Shown here piece after piece: positions 28,893-37,553 of a stretch of DNA of 64,000 bases (positions within the stretch are counted from its first letter, which is position 1; each line of letters opens with the position of its first letter). The position numbers were made by a program, and so were the translations under genes. The stretch spans positions 128,001 through 192,000 of IMG/VR virus record IMGVR_UViG_3300028888_000047. One strand, written 5' to 3'. The DNA is from a virus (taxonomy: Duplodnaviria; Caudoviricetes). The notes under the pieces were generated by a model, which did not search any database, had not been told where the DNA came from, and worked only from the letters and a program-made list of their open reading frames with translations.

Positions 28893-29262
28893 TGGACCTA
28901 GGCGGAGTCGAACCGCCGTCTTGCTCTGCGTTCCATAGAAATTTATACAAGCTTTTAGAGAATTTGGTGAGTGGTTTGCGCCACCCGTCCTCTCTGCCAC
29001 CCTATTTTGAGAAAATAGGGAAAACATGGGGGATGACCGGAATCATCAGTTCCACCATCTTAACGTACAACGTTAAGAAAAAATTACTAGGATGTTCTGT
29101 TCCTAAGAGCCTAGTCTCTCGGCCTATCGCTTACGCAGCCATTGCATAAGCATAAGCAGGAGAATCTACATTCTCGCCGTTTATGTTTTTTTTGCTATTT
29201 CTAGTGTATGCCCACTGCTTGATTTCTACCAAACTACAGCCAATCTATACCATTTTAGGCCC
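28893..29262 (-). ncRNA. ssrA: tmRNA; tag peptide (A)GENVDSPAYAYAMAA
   Basis: GGGCCTA/TAGGTCC-A acceptor with G3.U70; T-arm GGCGG-TTCGACT-CCGCC; resume context ATAAAC-GGC GAG AAT...GCT GCG TAA. Confidence 0.93.
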
Positions 29263-29275
29263 GTTTAATATAAAA

Positions 29276-29354
29276 TAGGGAACTATCTGTTCAACGTTTT
29301 CAAATTTCAAGTCTGATGTTTTAACATAAATAATAACTTGCTGTGAGTTCCCTT
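29276..29354 (-). ncRNA. ACAGCAA-stem RNA #5 carrying a Ser(UGA) anticodon stem-loop
   Basis: AAGGGAAC-TCACAGCAA...TCAGA-CTTGAAA-TTTGA...GTTCCCTA. Confidence 0.78.
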
Positions 29355-29360
29355 GTTTAG

Positions 29361-29435
29361 TGGAGCCAGTGGGGCTCGAACCCACGACCCTCTGAATGCA
29401 AATCAGATGCTCTAGCCAAACTGAGCTATGGCCCC
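29361..29435 (-). tRNA. tRNA-Ala(TGC)
   Basis: G3.U70, loop TTTGCAT. Confidence 0.95.
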
Positions 29436-29485
29436 TTGGAGTGAGGTTTTTAACGGTGGCCTCACGGCGCCGGTATTAAAATACG

Positions 29486-29559
29486 TGGTGCTAGTAGGAC
29501 TCGGACCTACGACCGCTTGAATATCAGTCAAGAACTCTAACCAACTGAGCTATAGCACC
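29486..29559 (-). tRNA. tRNA-Ile(GAT)
   Basis: CTTGA-CTGATAT-TCAAG. Confidence 0.9.
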
Positions 29560-29563
29560 ATTG

Positions 29564-29592
29564 TTAGGAAACCATTTAAATACGTTGCTCTA
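29564..29592 (-). pseudogene. 3' remnant of an ACAGCAA-stem permuted-tRNA RNA (#6)
   Basis: TAGAGCAACG...GTTTCCTAA, matching the 3' end of RNA #7. Confidence 0.45.
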
Positions 29593-29605
29593 TAATATTA
29601 ATTTG

Positions 29606-29679
29606 TGTTGATGGAGGGACTTGAACCCCCGGTCTCAACGGTATCAGCGTTGCGCTTTAACCAACTAAGCTACACCAAC
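29606..29679 (-). tRNA. tRNA-Ile(GAT)
   Basis: CAACG-CTGATAC-CGTTG. Confidence 0.9.
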
Positions 29680-29682
29680 ATT

Positions 29683-29808
29683 TTAGGAAACATTTTATTA
29701 ACGTTGCTCTACCATCTGAGCTAAATGGAAATTTTACTTCCCACTACCGGATTCGAACCGGCGACCCACGGATTACAAATCATTTTCAACTTTGCTGTTA
29801 GTTTCCTT
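29683..29808 (-). ncRNA. ACAGCAA-stem RNA #7: circularly permuted tRNA mimic (YrlA-like architecture, Thr-derived)
   Basis: Order: stem5', TTTGTAA, T-arm (GCCGG-TTCGAAT-CCGGT), acceptor closed by a loop (AGTGGGA..TTCCATT), D-arm (GCTC-AGATGGTA-GAGC), stem3'. Confidence 0.85.
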
Positions 29809-29815
29809 GCTTGTG

Positions 29816-29891
29816 TAGGATATGAGGGATTCGAACCCACGAACCTTCTGGGTGTAAACCAGACGCTCTAAACCAGCTGAGCTAATATCCT
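29816..29891 (-). tRNA. tRNA-Val(TAC)
   Basis: TCTGG-TTTACAC-CCAGA. Confidence 0.92.
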
Positions 29892-30246
29892 ATGCCTCCT
29901 AATGTCCTATTTTATAATCTCCCTAGGAAAAGAGATAACCGTATCAAGGAACGGTGTGCTACTTGTACTTGGCAGTGGCGACATTATAAACCTTATAGTT
30001 TGTCACAGGACCTTTCAAGTTAATACGTAAGTTAAATAAAGTCTTTTTCCTCCCTACTAACAGATGTTCGAATTAACTACTTGGCCGACGTTCGTTAAGA
30101 AAAAGCAAACCTCACTACAAGCAGAGCAATAGCGTATGTAATCATTTCCACGTTTTGAAATCATCTGACGTTTCAATTCTTACCCCTATGATACCTAATG
30201 ACCGATACATTAAATAACCGTTCTAAGTCTGACTCTCTGTGACTTG

Positions 30247-30322
30247 TGGTGGGTAGGACCGGAGTTGAACCAGTTTAGCCGGATTTTCAGTCCGGTGCAT
30301 ACACCACGTCTGCCACCTACCC
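30247..30322 (-). tRNA. tRNA-Phe(GAA), encoded CCA
   Basis: CCGGA-CTGAAAA-TCCGG. Confidence 0.92.
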
Positions 30323-30482
30323 ATTGTTTGTGACGTTTTAATTGGCGGAGTGCGCCACCTTACTCTCCATTTTAGACCAGCTTATCGCTTTGTCCACCAG
30401 CTATAGGCTACTGCGCCTACTGCTGCACCAAAAATAAATGTCAACATAATTTTAAAATACTTTGAATTAAACATATAGTTAA

Positions 30483-30906
30483 CTATAACAATTCATTACC
30501 ACATTTTCTACATTTTTCCATTAGGTCATTAACAAACGTTTTTAACTCTTCATCCGTATCAAACCTATGGAGTTCAGCATCTTTTTGATTTAAAAAGCAT
30601 ATTTTCACTTCGCCTGGGAAATAGAAAAAATCTTTTTCTTCATTGTATCTAGTCCCATGAAAATGATACCTTGCCAAATTTTTAGCAGAACATGGAGAAT
30701 AATCACTGAACTTATATAAATCCTCTGTAACTGTTGTTACCTTTGGTTTTCTAAAGAGCCTTCTTTTAACAATTGTATCTCCTTTTTTATGAACAAGATA
30801 ATTAGAACAATCTCGTATTTTTACAGGAGTCACATCTATCGATGTTATATTCTTATAATATTCCTTGCTTTTGCAAGATAAAGATTCTAAATTTTCTTTT
30901 ATCATA
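30483..30906 (-). CDS. Hypothetical protein (start MIKENL; the track ORF extends into a tRNA)
   Basis: ORF track, trimmed. Confidence 0.6.
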
Positions 30907-30919
30907 ACAATGTATTTTG

Positions 30920-30992
30920 TGCGCCCACTGGGATTCGAACCCAGGACCCCAAGATTAAAAGTCATGTACTCTGCCTGCTGAGCTATAGGCGC
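30920..30992 (-). tRNA. tRNA-Lys(TTT)
   Basis: Loop CTTTTAA. Confidence 0.92.
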
Positions 30993-31011
30993 ATTTTTAG
31001 TAAAAAAATAG

Positions 31012-31083
31012 TGCGCCCGGAGAATTTCGAAATCTCGACCCCATGTTTAAGAGACACGTGCTCTGCCTCTGAGCTACGAGCGC
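31012..31083 (-). tRNA. tRNA-Lys(CTT)
   Basis: Loop CTCTTAA. Confidence 0.9.
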
Positions 31084-31090
31084 AATATTG

Positions 31091-31163
31091 TGCGCCCACT
31101 GGGACTCGAACCCAGGACTCCCACATTAAAAGTGTGGTGCTCTACCAACTGAGCTATGGGTGC
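31091..31163 (-). tRNA. tRNA-Lys(TTT)
   Basis: Loop CTTTTAA. Confidence 0.93.
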
Positions 31164-31266
31164 ATATTTCTACCTTGCTGCACCATAACTCTTCGTAGGT
31201 ACAGCCTAGACCTGTTTATATGACTTTTGTTTTCGTTTCATGACTTTTATATTTTTTAAATTGTTT

Positions 31267-31617
31267 TTAATTCTTTAATATCATTGTTGTTAAGCAAGGG
31301 TCATCAGTACGAACAAACCCAAACTTTTTGTAAAATTCTACAAGACCTTTTGTAGTCCTATATTTTATATTCTCTCCAGTACGAGGCATTGGCTTTACTA
31401 ATAAACTAATCTCATATCCTTTGAACATTTCGATAGCCTTGTTTAGCATCATAGTCGCAATGCCTTTGCTTGTATAGTTTATGTTGGTTACAACATAATT
31501 GATGTTAACCTTATTATTTCCTTTTTTCTCAATACCTAGTTTCCCTACTCTAACACAACCACTATAAGCGTTTATGTAGTGACATTCACTAGTACTAAAT
31601 GTTTCAAGTCTTATCAT
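31267..31617 (-). CDS. GNAT-family acetyltransferase (start MIRLE)
   Basis: V.....SKGIATMML motif A; L..FYKKFGF. Confidence 0.8.
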   Translation of the reverse strand: MIRLETFSTSECHYINAYSGCVRVGKLGIEKKGNNKVNINYVVTNINYTSKGIATMMLNKAIEMFKGYEISLLVKPMPRTGENIKYRTTKGLVEFYKKFGFVRTDDPCLTTMILKN

Positions 31618-31620
31618 ATG

Positions 31621-31705
31621 CGGTGGGAGAGGGATTCGAACCCCCGGACCCCAAAGGGCCAACAGTTTTCAAGACTGCCTCCTTAAACCACTCGGACATC
31701 CCACC
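31621..31705 (-). tRNA. tRNA-Ser(TGA)
   Basis: GCAGT-CTTGAAA-ACTGT, long V-arm, G73. Confidence 0.93.
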
Positions 31706-31892
31706 AAGCGATGCACAGCAGCAGTATCGTTGGCTTAGTGCTTCCTTACGGCTAGGTAAAATGACTGCTACCTTGAACGGACGTATGGCTAACGTTGTGG
31801 GTTACTTCGTCCCACTTCACAGTCTAACAACCCTAGTCACTCATATGTACATCTTTGAGTGTTGTTCTTGAGACCCACGTCTGGGTGCAAGT

Positions 31893-32657
31893 TTATATTT
31901 TATCTATGTATTCAACTAATTCTTTTTTCCTCCAAGGTAAATTATTCCTTTCACACCATTTTTGAATCGATTTATCAGACACTCCGTATTTTTTTCCTAC
32001 TTTACCGAATGTTTTTAACTCTTTAAAACTGTCAATAAACTCGTCTTTATTAAGGTTTTCTAATTTTCCTCCTTTACTTTCTACGTATTCTATTCCATTT
32101 TTTTTCAAAAATCTTTTAAGTGTTGTCAGCCCTACTTTATATTTTTTGGATATTTCCTTTTTTGATAGTTTGTTATTTATGTCTTCTTTAATATCTTCTA
32201 CATTTAATTTATTCTTTATTATGAATTTACTTTGTTTTTTTTCTTTTACATTTTTATTTTCGAAATAAACTATACTTCTTTCAATTTCTTCTTGTTCTTT
32301 TTTTGCCCTAACATCTTCTCGTTCTTTAGCATGTAATTCTCTATGGCAATTGGCGCATATTAAAACGCATTTATCTGCTTCCTTTTTTAATTTTTCTAAA
32401 CTTCTTGTATCACCAGCAATACCAAATTCTTTTTCATTAGGGTCAAGATGATGAAATTCCAGTGCGTCAATACACTTGTCATACCCGCATATTTCGCATT
32501 TTCCTCCCTTGTATTCTACAAGCCTAATTTTATTTCTTCTTCTAATGTCTAATACTGCTTCTTTTCTACATTCTTTGCACTTATAACTTCCGTTTTGAAG
32601 TAAAACGTGCTCAGTAACACCATGCCTAGGGCATTCTCTCATTATTGTTCTACTCAT
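31893..32657 (-). CDS. HNH homing-type endonuclease with C-terminal HTH repeats
   Basis: CEICGY...LEFHH...ICANCHRELH; inserted in the tRNA array. Confidence 0.85.
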   Translation of the reverse strand: MSRTIMRECPRHGVTEHVLLQNGSYKCKECRKEAVLDIRRRNKIRLVEYKGGKCEICGYDKCIDALEFHHLDPNEKEFGIAGDTRSLEKLKKEADKCVLICANCHRELHAKEREDVRAKKEQEEIERSIVYFENKNVKEKKQSKFIIKNKLNVEDIKEDINNKLSKKEISKKYKVGLTTLKRFLKKNGIEYVESKGGKLENLNKDEFIDSFKELKTFGKVGKKYGVSDKSIQKWCERNNLPWRKKELVEYIDKI

Positions 32658-32722
32658 AATAATTAATCTTTTATTATAAATATAGCAATAAGTCCAAAAA
32701 ATTAAATAATTTTGTTAATTTG

Positions 32723-32794
32723 CGCCTGGTGAGAATTTCGAAATCCCGACCCGCATGTTAACAGCATGCCGCTCTGCCTCTGAGCTAACCAGAC
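32723..32794 (-). tRNA. tRNA-Asn(GTT)
   Basis: GCATG-CTGTTAA-CATGC. Confidence 0.9.
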
Positions 32795-32798
32795 TTTA

Positions 32799-32825
32799 TG
32801 CTCTAACCAACTGAGCTACGTTCCA
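32799..32825 (-). pseudogene. Orphan tRNA 5' half
   Basis: GGAACGTAGCTCAGTTGGTTAGAGCAT with no continuation. Confidence 0.6.
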
Positions 32826-32884
32826 ATTATTCATATTCTTGTGCAAAGATACAAAAAATATTTTTAAAAAACAAATTTTTTTAG

Positions 32885-33172
32885 TTAAAAATTGTTAACC
32901 CATCTGTTACTTATTTCTGCCCAAAAGTTATAACCTTGTGGCGTTTCAGCCCACTCAAAAGAATACTTAAGTATACATCTTTTGTCTTTTATTCTTTCGC
33001 ACAAATCTTGTAAACTATTACCTACATATTTATTGAATTTATTAACATAAGTTTGATTACACCAACCTTTTCTTAATTTGGATTGTATATAAAAGTTTTT
33101 TCTGAACTGCGAATAAACGCCACTTTCTTTTAAAAACCTTTTAAGGCTTTTACAAATTAAATTTTCTTTCAT
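32885..33172 (-). CDS. 'KRFLKE' paralog family protein
   Basis: LKRFLKESGVY...FEWAETPQGYNFW. Confidence 0.7.
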   Translation of the reverse strand: MKENLICKSLKRFLKESGVYSQFRKNFYIQSKLRKGWCNQTYVNKFNKYVGNSLQDLCERIKDKRCILKYSFEWAETPQGYNFWAEISNRWVNNF

Positions 33173-33275
33173 ACAGCAAGTCCAGTACCTTCAATGTTAG
33201 TAATTTCCACTTTTGTTCCATCTGCTGATGATGTAATGATTTTTTTATCTTTCTTTTTCATAGCTTATAGGAATT

Positions 33276-33497
33276 AAAAAAAGCTGCTGAAAACTTTTTT
33301 AGGAGTTCATCAACAGCTTGGCGTTTATAGTGAAGTAAGTGCATTTATTATATTCATATACTTACAAATTCCCAATGCTGTTTTTGAACGTTATTATTAA
33401 AATCTACGGCTGATACAGACATAATATCACTGTTGCATTTACTTGTAGCAAACGCAGCATTAATAATGGATGTGATATGTTTAAAATTCTGTGCCAT
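33276..33497 (-). promoter_or_regulatory. Leader-peptide attenuator A (47-aa uORF 33497-33354, antiterminator, terminator)
   Basis: Terminator AAGCTGTTGATGAACT...AGTTTTCAGCAGCTT-T5; the uORF 3' end GTTCA..AACAGC.TTGG pairs with the terminator 5' arm. Confidence 0.72.
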
Positions 33498-33587
33498 AAT
33501 TTTTTATAAAAAAATTTTATTTGTTTATAATTATTAATTAATTTTCAAAAAACAGTATTTTTCAATAAAAAAATACAAAAAATATTT

Positions 33588-34511
33588 TTATTTTCCAACA
33601 ATCAACAACTCATGTGAAGTCTTGATATTGTCTTTATCGTAATCTCTTTCTGTTCTTGTTTTGCCTATTCTTGTTTCTCCTTGACCCATTGTATATTGCC
33701 AATGAACCTCGTGTATCTCAAAATCCTTATAAGCCTCTCTTACCATTGAACAATCATTATATGAAAGAATGAAACCACCTTTATGTTCGTGCAATAATTT
33801 GCAAAGTAACTCGTGGTTAAATCCATTGTGATGAATTGGAAAGTTCCTCATGGGATATATTCCCTTAAACATCTTGCTGTCTGCACATTCATCCAACACA
33901 TAAGGAGGGTCAAGATAAAGAAATTCTCCTTGATTCTCAGGTATACTTTCCTCAAATCCTTTGCAATATACTCTTAGATTTGGTAAATGGAAATTTTTAA
34001 CCTTTTCAATAGTTGAGTTATATTTCTTCTCTGATTGATATATTGATGACATCCATCCCAAAAAACCCGGTCCATATGACAATTGCATATTGTAATAGTA
34101 ATAAACAGCAGCGTCTATTGGGTCTAATTTACCATCATATCCATCAGTTTTATTCCAATGTTCTTTCAGTATGTTTTTAACCCTCTCATATTCTTCTTTG
34201 GTTGGAGGCATCGCTGACAGACGTTTGTATAACTCTTCGCCATTAACTGTTTGCTGCTGCCAATAGTTAACCAACAAATCAAAAACATCATACGCAACAA
34301 CCTCAAGCCCCAACTCTTTTGCCAATGCAATTTCAACTGAACCGCCTCCTATAAAAGGGCTTACAACCTTTTTTACGTCTTTAGGTAAATGTTCTGTTAT
34401 TAATCCGACTGCAAGTGATTTACCCCCTGCATATCTTAATGGACTGCCATTATATCTTTTATAATTACCATTCTTTCCCTTTAACAGTTTCTGTAACTCT
34501 TCAATTTGCAT
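33588..34511 (-). CDS. Dam-like DNA adenine methyltransferase
   Basis: YAGGKS, SPFIGGG, DPPY. Confidence 0.92.
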   Translation of the reverse strand: MQIEELQKLLKGKNGNYKRYNGSPLRYAGGKSLAVGLITEHLPKDVKKVVSPFIGGGSVEIALAKELGLEVVAYDVFDLLVNYWQQQTVNGEELYKRLSAMPPTKEEYERVKNILKEHWNKTDGYDGKLDPIDAAVYYYYNMQLSYGPGFLGWMSSIYQSEKKYNSTIEKVKNFHLPNLRVYCKGFEESIPENQGEFLYLDPPYVLDECADSKMFKGIYPMRNFPIHHNGFNHELLCKLLHEHKGGFILSYNDCSMVREAYKDFEIHEVHWQYTMGQGETRIGKTRTERDYDKDNIKTSHELLIVGK

Positions 34512-34555
34512 AACTCATTCATTCATACTTTCGATTTAAGTTGTTTCTTTTGTTT

Positions 34556-34882
34556 TCAATCAGCAAAAGAAACTTGCGCTACAACGGCATTATCATCTGT
34601 GTAATCGACTATTTTCACAATGTGTTCCACTTCATACGCTTTAGGTGCGTTATATGGTAAAACAACACCCATTAAATATATCTTACCGTTGTATGTGTAT
34701 TTATCAACATTACCTGAAGTTATTACTTTATGGCCACTATTTAACATTGTGGTAAACGATATTCTATCGCCTTCAATAGCTTCAAATAACTTTGTTGATT
34801 TATTGTATAATTTGTTGTCCTTAACAACCAAATCTTTTTCAAGAATCTCTAATTCTTTACCTGTGTTTGTTTTTATTATCAT
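34556..34882 (-). CDS. Hypothetical protein
   Basis: ORF track. Confidence 0.6.
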   Translation of the reverse strand: MIIKTNTGKELEILEKDLVVKDNKLYNKSTKLFEAIEGDRISFTTMLNSGHKVITSGNVDKYTYNGKIYLMGVVLPYNAPKAYEVEHIVKIVDYTDDNAVVAQVSFAD

Positions 34883-34912
34883 CTGTTTTAACTCGATTGG
34901 TTAAACATATAG

Positions 34913-34987
34913 TACTTCCGGCAAGACTCAAACTTGCGACTTCCAGATTCGTATTCTGGCGTTCTAATTCAACTGAACTACGGAAGC
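34913..34987 (-). tRNA. tRNA-Arg(ACG), A19-U56 variant
   Basis: CCAGA-ATACGAA-TCTGG; T-loop TTTGAGT. Confidence 0.88.
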
Positions 34988-34993
34988 AAATTT

Positions 34994-35170
34994 AAAGGAA
35001 CGCCCTTTAAGGTCTTGGGAATGACCGTTACAAGTCAGTTACTTGTTCTTCGCTGCTTGCCTTAATAAGAACGGTGCTTCACGCTCCTTGCGGATTTAAC
35101 GCTTCTCCGTTCTCTCTCCAGTCTGATTAATACGAAATTTATGCTTTATTAATCTTGCTGTACGTTCCTG
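34994..35170 (-). ncRNA. ACAGCAA-stem RNA #8 with long (~145 nt) cargo
   Basis: CAGGAACG-TACAGCAA...CGTTCCTTT. Confidence 0.65.
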
Positions 35171-35176
35171 TGATTG

Positions 35177-35213
35177 TACACCCGGCAGGATTCGAACCTG
35201 CGACCCACTGCTT
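35177..35213 (-). pseudogene. 3' exon of a split tRNA-Arg(UCU)-type gene
   Basis: AA-GCAGT-GGGTC-GCAGG-TTCGAAT-CCTGC-CGGGTGT-A. Confidence 0.75.
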
Positions 35214-35935
35214 CATGCTACTCTATGTTACCATAGCTAAAATTATCTTTTCCGCGAGCCTTGATTATATGCACGCGACCGAATTCCACAGTTATTTACT
35301 TCTTGAATCTGATAATTTTATTGTAGTCTGGAGCATATCATTACCATATTGAAATTCTTGCAAGTAATCAACCTCTATTCTGCTATACATCAATGTCATT
35401 CAGCCATAGATTATGATAATTTCAACTTAGGCATTCTTATCAGACACGTCTGAATGGAATGTGAGGGTATTCAATGTATTTCCCTCATTTCTCCTCTATA
35501 CTCTCTACACATTTATGAAAATAAATTGAAAATTGACTATGTTATACCATCGTCTTTTTACATACTTTTGGATATTCTGTATGTTTTTTCAACTTATAAA
35601 TGAGTTAGTAGCGTTTGCATCTACTCTCGCCTGATGCTCATATTTATGCTAAGTGTTTCAACTTAGCGGCTGTCTACTATATAAGAATATAACTCATTTA
35701 CAATGCGAACTAAAATTTTGCGCAAATACCATATTTAGTTTCCTCAATTTGTTATCTCATATATGATAAATTTTAGAAGCATTAATTTCAATTTAGCACG
35801 GTATAATCCTTACACATTATTGGTTAGTGTATCACGCCATTCAGTGCCTTGACTAAATCGTAATCTTCTTCAGGTAGGATTTCCACCGTTTTATGGAGAT
35901 TCTACTATGGGATTTCTCGCCATAGCATCCAATTT
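35214..35935 (-). mobile_element. Group I intron (tRNA anticodon type) that has lost its contiguous 5' exon
   Basis: 5' AAATTGGA (IGS); P AAAACGGTGGAAAT; Q ATACCGTGCTAA; R GTGTAGAGAGTATA; S GATATGCTCCAG; terminal G before the tRNA 3' exon. Confidence 0.75.
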
Positions 35936-35967
35936 AGGTTTTACCATCTACAGGTGTTTTTTTATTG

Positions 35968-36017
35968 TGATGGGACTGGGACTCGAACCCAGATGGACTT
36001 ATTAGGTCCGTCAGTTT
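35968..36017 (-). pseudogene. Orphan 3' half of a long-variable-arm tRNA
   Basis: ACTGA, V-arm (GGAC..GTCC), CTGGG-TTCGAGT-CCCAG, TCCCATC-A; no 5' half upstream. Confidence 0.6.
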
Positions 36018-36032
36018 ATTTTCCTATTTTTG

Positions 36033-36106
36033 TGGTTCCAGTGGGACTCCAACCCACAACCGCAGTCTTAGAAGGGCCGTGCTCTATGCTGTTGAGCTAT
36101 GGAACC
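36033..36106 (-). tRNA. tRNA-Arg(TCT), C19-G56 variant
   Basis: Loop CTTCTAA; T-loop TTGGAGT. Confidence 0.87.
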
Positions 36107-36114
36107 GATTGGTA

Positions 36115-36912
36115 TTAAACCATATAGAATTTATCTATTTTTTCATTATACCTATAAAACTTACACCCTAGTTCTTCTATTATTTCTTGTTGCCTTATGA
36201 TGTCTCTGTCGCATAAAATATTGTTGTAGACATCAATATAATGCCTTGGTTCATCATATTCAAACGCAATATTTAATTTTTCATCGTATCCATCTAAAAA
36301 ATATCCACGTACTTGTTTTTCTCCGCCATTTTTAGCATGTACAAGATGCCAACCATTCTTTTCATTTAAGAAATCAATGTATTTGCACCCTTTTTCAGAA
36401 AAATGCTCCCCAAATTTTCCGTTTCCAATACTTTTGATGTAATCTATCATTTTTTCCCTTAGAACCTTCTTTGTGGCATTAGTGTGAGGCTTGCCAATAA
36501 CCGTAAATTTGCCATTTTCTAAAGATTTTCTACGAGCATTTGCTTGTTTAAGAATCCGTTCATCGTCCAACATCGTTTTACCTTTGTTCCATACATTGTG
36601 TCCATTACTTTTACCTCCGTTTCCTTTACGATTTGGGCATTTTACTTTGTTTGGATTTAGTTCGCATGCTTTTTCGTGAATACTTAAACACCCAGCATTA
36701 GAAACTACTTTTCCGCAAAATTTACATGTATAAGTATTATCAATACTTGGGTCGTGCTGTTTTACGTTTTTTCTGGCATTTTCTAAATTCTCTAAATGCT
36801 CTTTAATTTTTGGATTATTAGGACAATATGTTACGTGTCCAGCTAATTTACGTTTATCGTTAAACTCTTTTCCACAATGTCTGCAATAATATATTTTTTC
36901 ATTCTCAGCCAT
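36115..36912 (-). CDS. Homing-type endonuclease: zinc fingers, NUMOD3-like motif and Vsr/DUF559-like nuclease domain
   Basis: CRHCGK..H...C, CKFCGK..H...C, GKPHT, YFLDGYD...IAFEYDE..H. Confidence 0.75.
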   Translation of the reverse strand: MAENEKIYYCRHCGKEFNDKRKLAGHVTYCPNNPKIKEHLENLENARKNVKQHDPSIDNTYTCKFCGKVVSNAGCLSIHEKACELNPNKVKCPNRKGNGGKSNGHNVWNKGKTMLDDERILKQANARRKSLENGKFTVIGKPHTNATKKVLREKMIDYIKSIGNGKFGEHFSEKGCKYIDFLNEKNGWHLVHAKNGGEKQVRGYFLDGYDEKLNIAFEYDEPRHYIDVYNNILCDRDIIRQQEIIEELGCKFYRYNEKIDKFYMV

Positions 36913-36978
36913 ATCTATAATGTATTTTATAATAAATATCAGCCAAGTTTGAATAGTTCAGCGGATAGAGCAAAAAAA

Positions 36979-36999
36979 TATCCCCTGAGCTACGGGTGC
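36979..36999 (-). pseudogene. 5' fragment of the split tRNA-Arg
   Basis: GCACCCG-TAGCTCAG-GGGATA; GCACCCG pairs with CGGGTGT at 35178-35184. Confidence 0.65.
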
Positions 37000-37229
37000 A
37001 TCATATATTTTATTGTTTTATTGTTGAGTCTTTCTTAGTGCCATAATCATCATGTAAGAATGGCTCTTTAGGGTCCACCATCTTAGCAATTCTAATTTCA
37101 TGAAAGAAAATCACAAGTGCAACAAAAATAATTATTGCAGAAAAGACCAACAGAAAATTTCCCATATCTATTCTTTATTTATCATTAAACAATACAAATA
37201 TACAAAAAAATATTTAAAAAAAGAAATGT

Positions 37230-37526
37230 TTAACGTAATTTAACACCATAAAATTTCCAACAATAATCAGCGTAATTCATAAGATTGGAATATAGAGTTT
37301 TCCATTCTTCATATGATGGTCTGCCAAAATCTCCATTAGAAGGTATGCTCTTTGCGCGAGCAGCATTACCCGGTTGCATTCTCATTGCTTTTCCTTGTTC
37401 TGGCGTTAAGCCATTAGCTGCATCAGTTTCTTCCCAAGAATGCCATCCATTAGGCGCATTATCTATTTCACAAACTTCTCTTATTACCTTGTTTATTGAT
37501 TCTGTAATGATTTTATTGATATTCAT
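37230..37526 (-). CDS. Hypothetical protein with MNI.KIITE.IN N-terminal motif
   Basis: Shares its N-terminus with 58302..58775. Confidence 0.65.
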   Translation of the reverse strand: MNINKIITESINKVIREVCEIDNAPNGWHSWEETDAANGLTPEQGKAMRMQPGNAARAKSIPSNGDFGRPSYEEWKTLYSNLMNYADYCWKFYGVKLR

Positions 37527-37553
37527 AATGTTTACTTTTTTTCATTATAAATA

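Noticed and set aside
31730-31760. SRP RNA (CC-GTAA-GG-AAGCA resembles helix 8)
   Set aside because: The 5' CAGG side of the symmetric loop and the long SRP hairpin are not evident.
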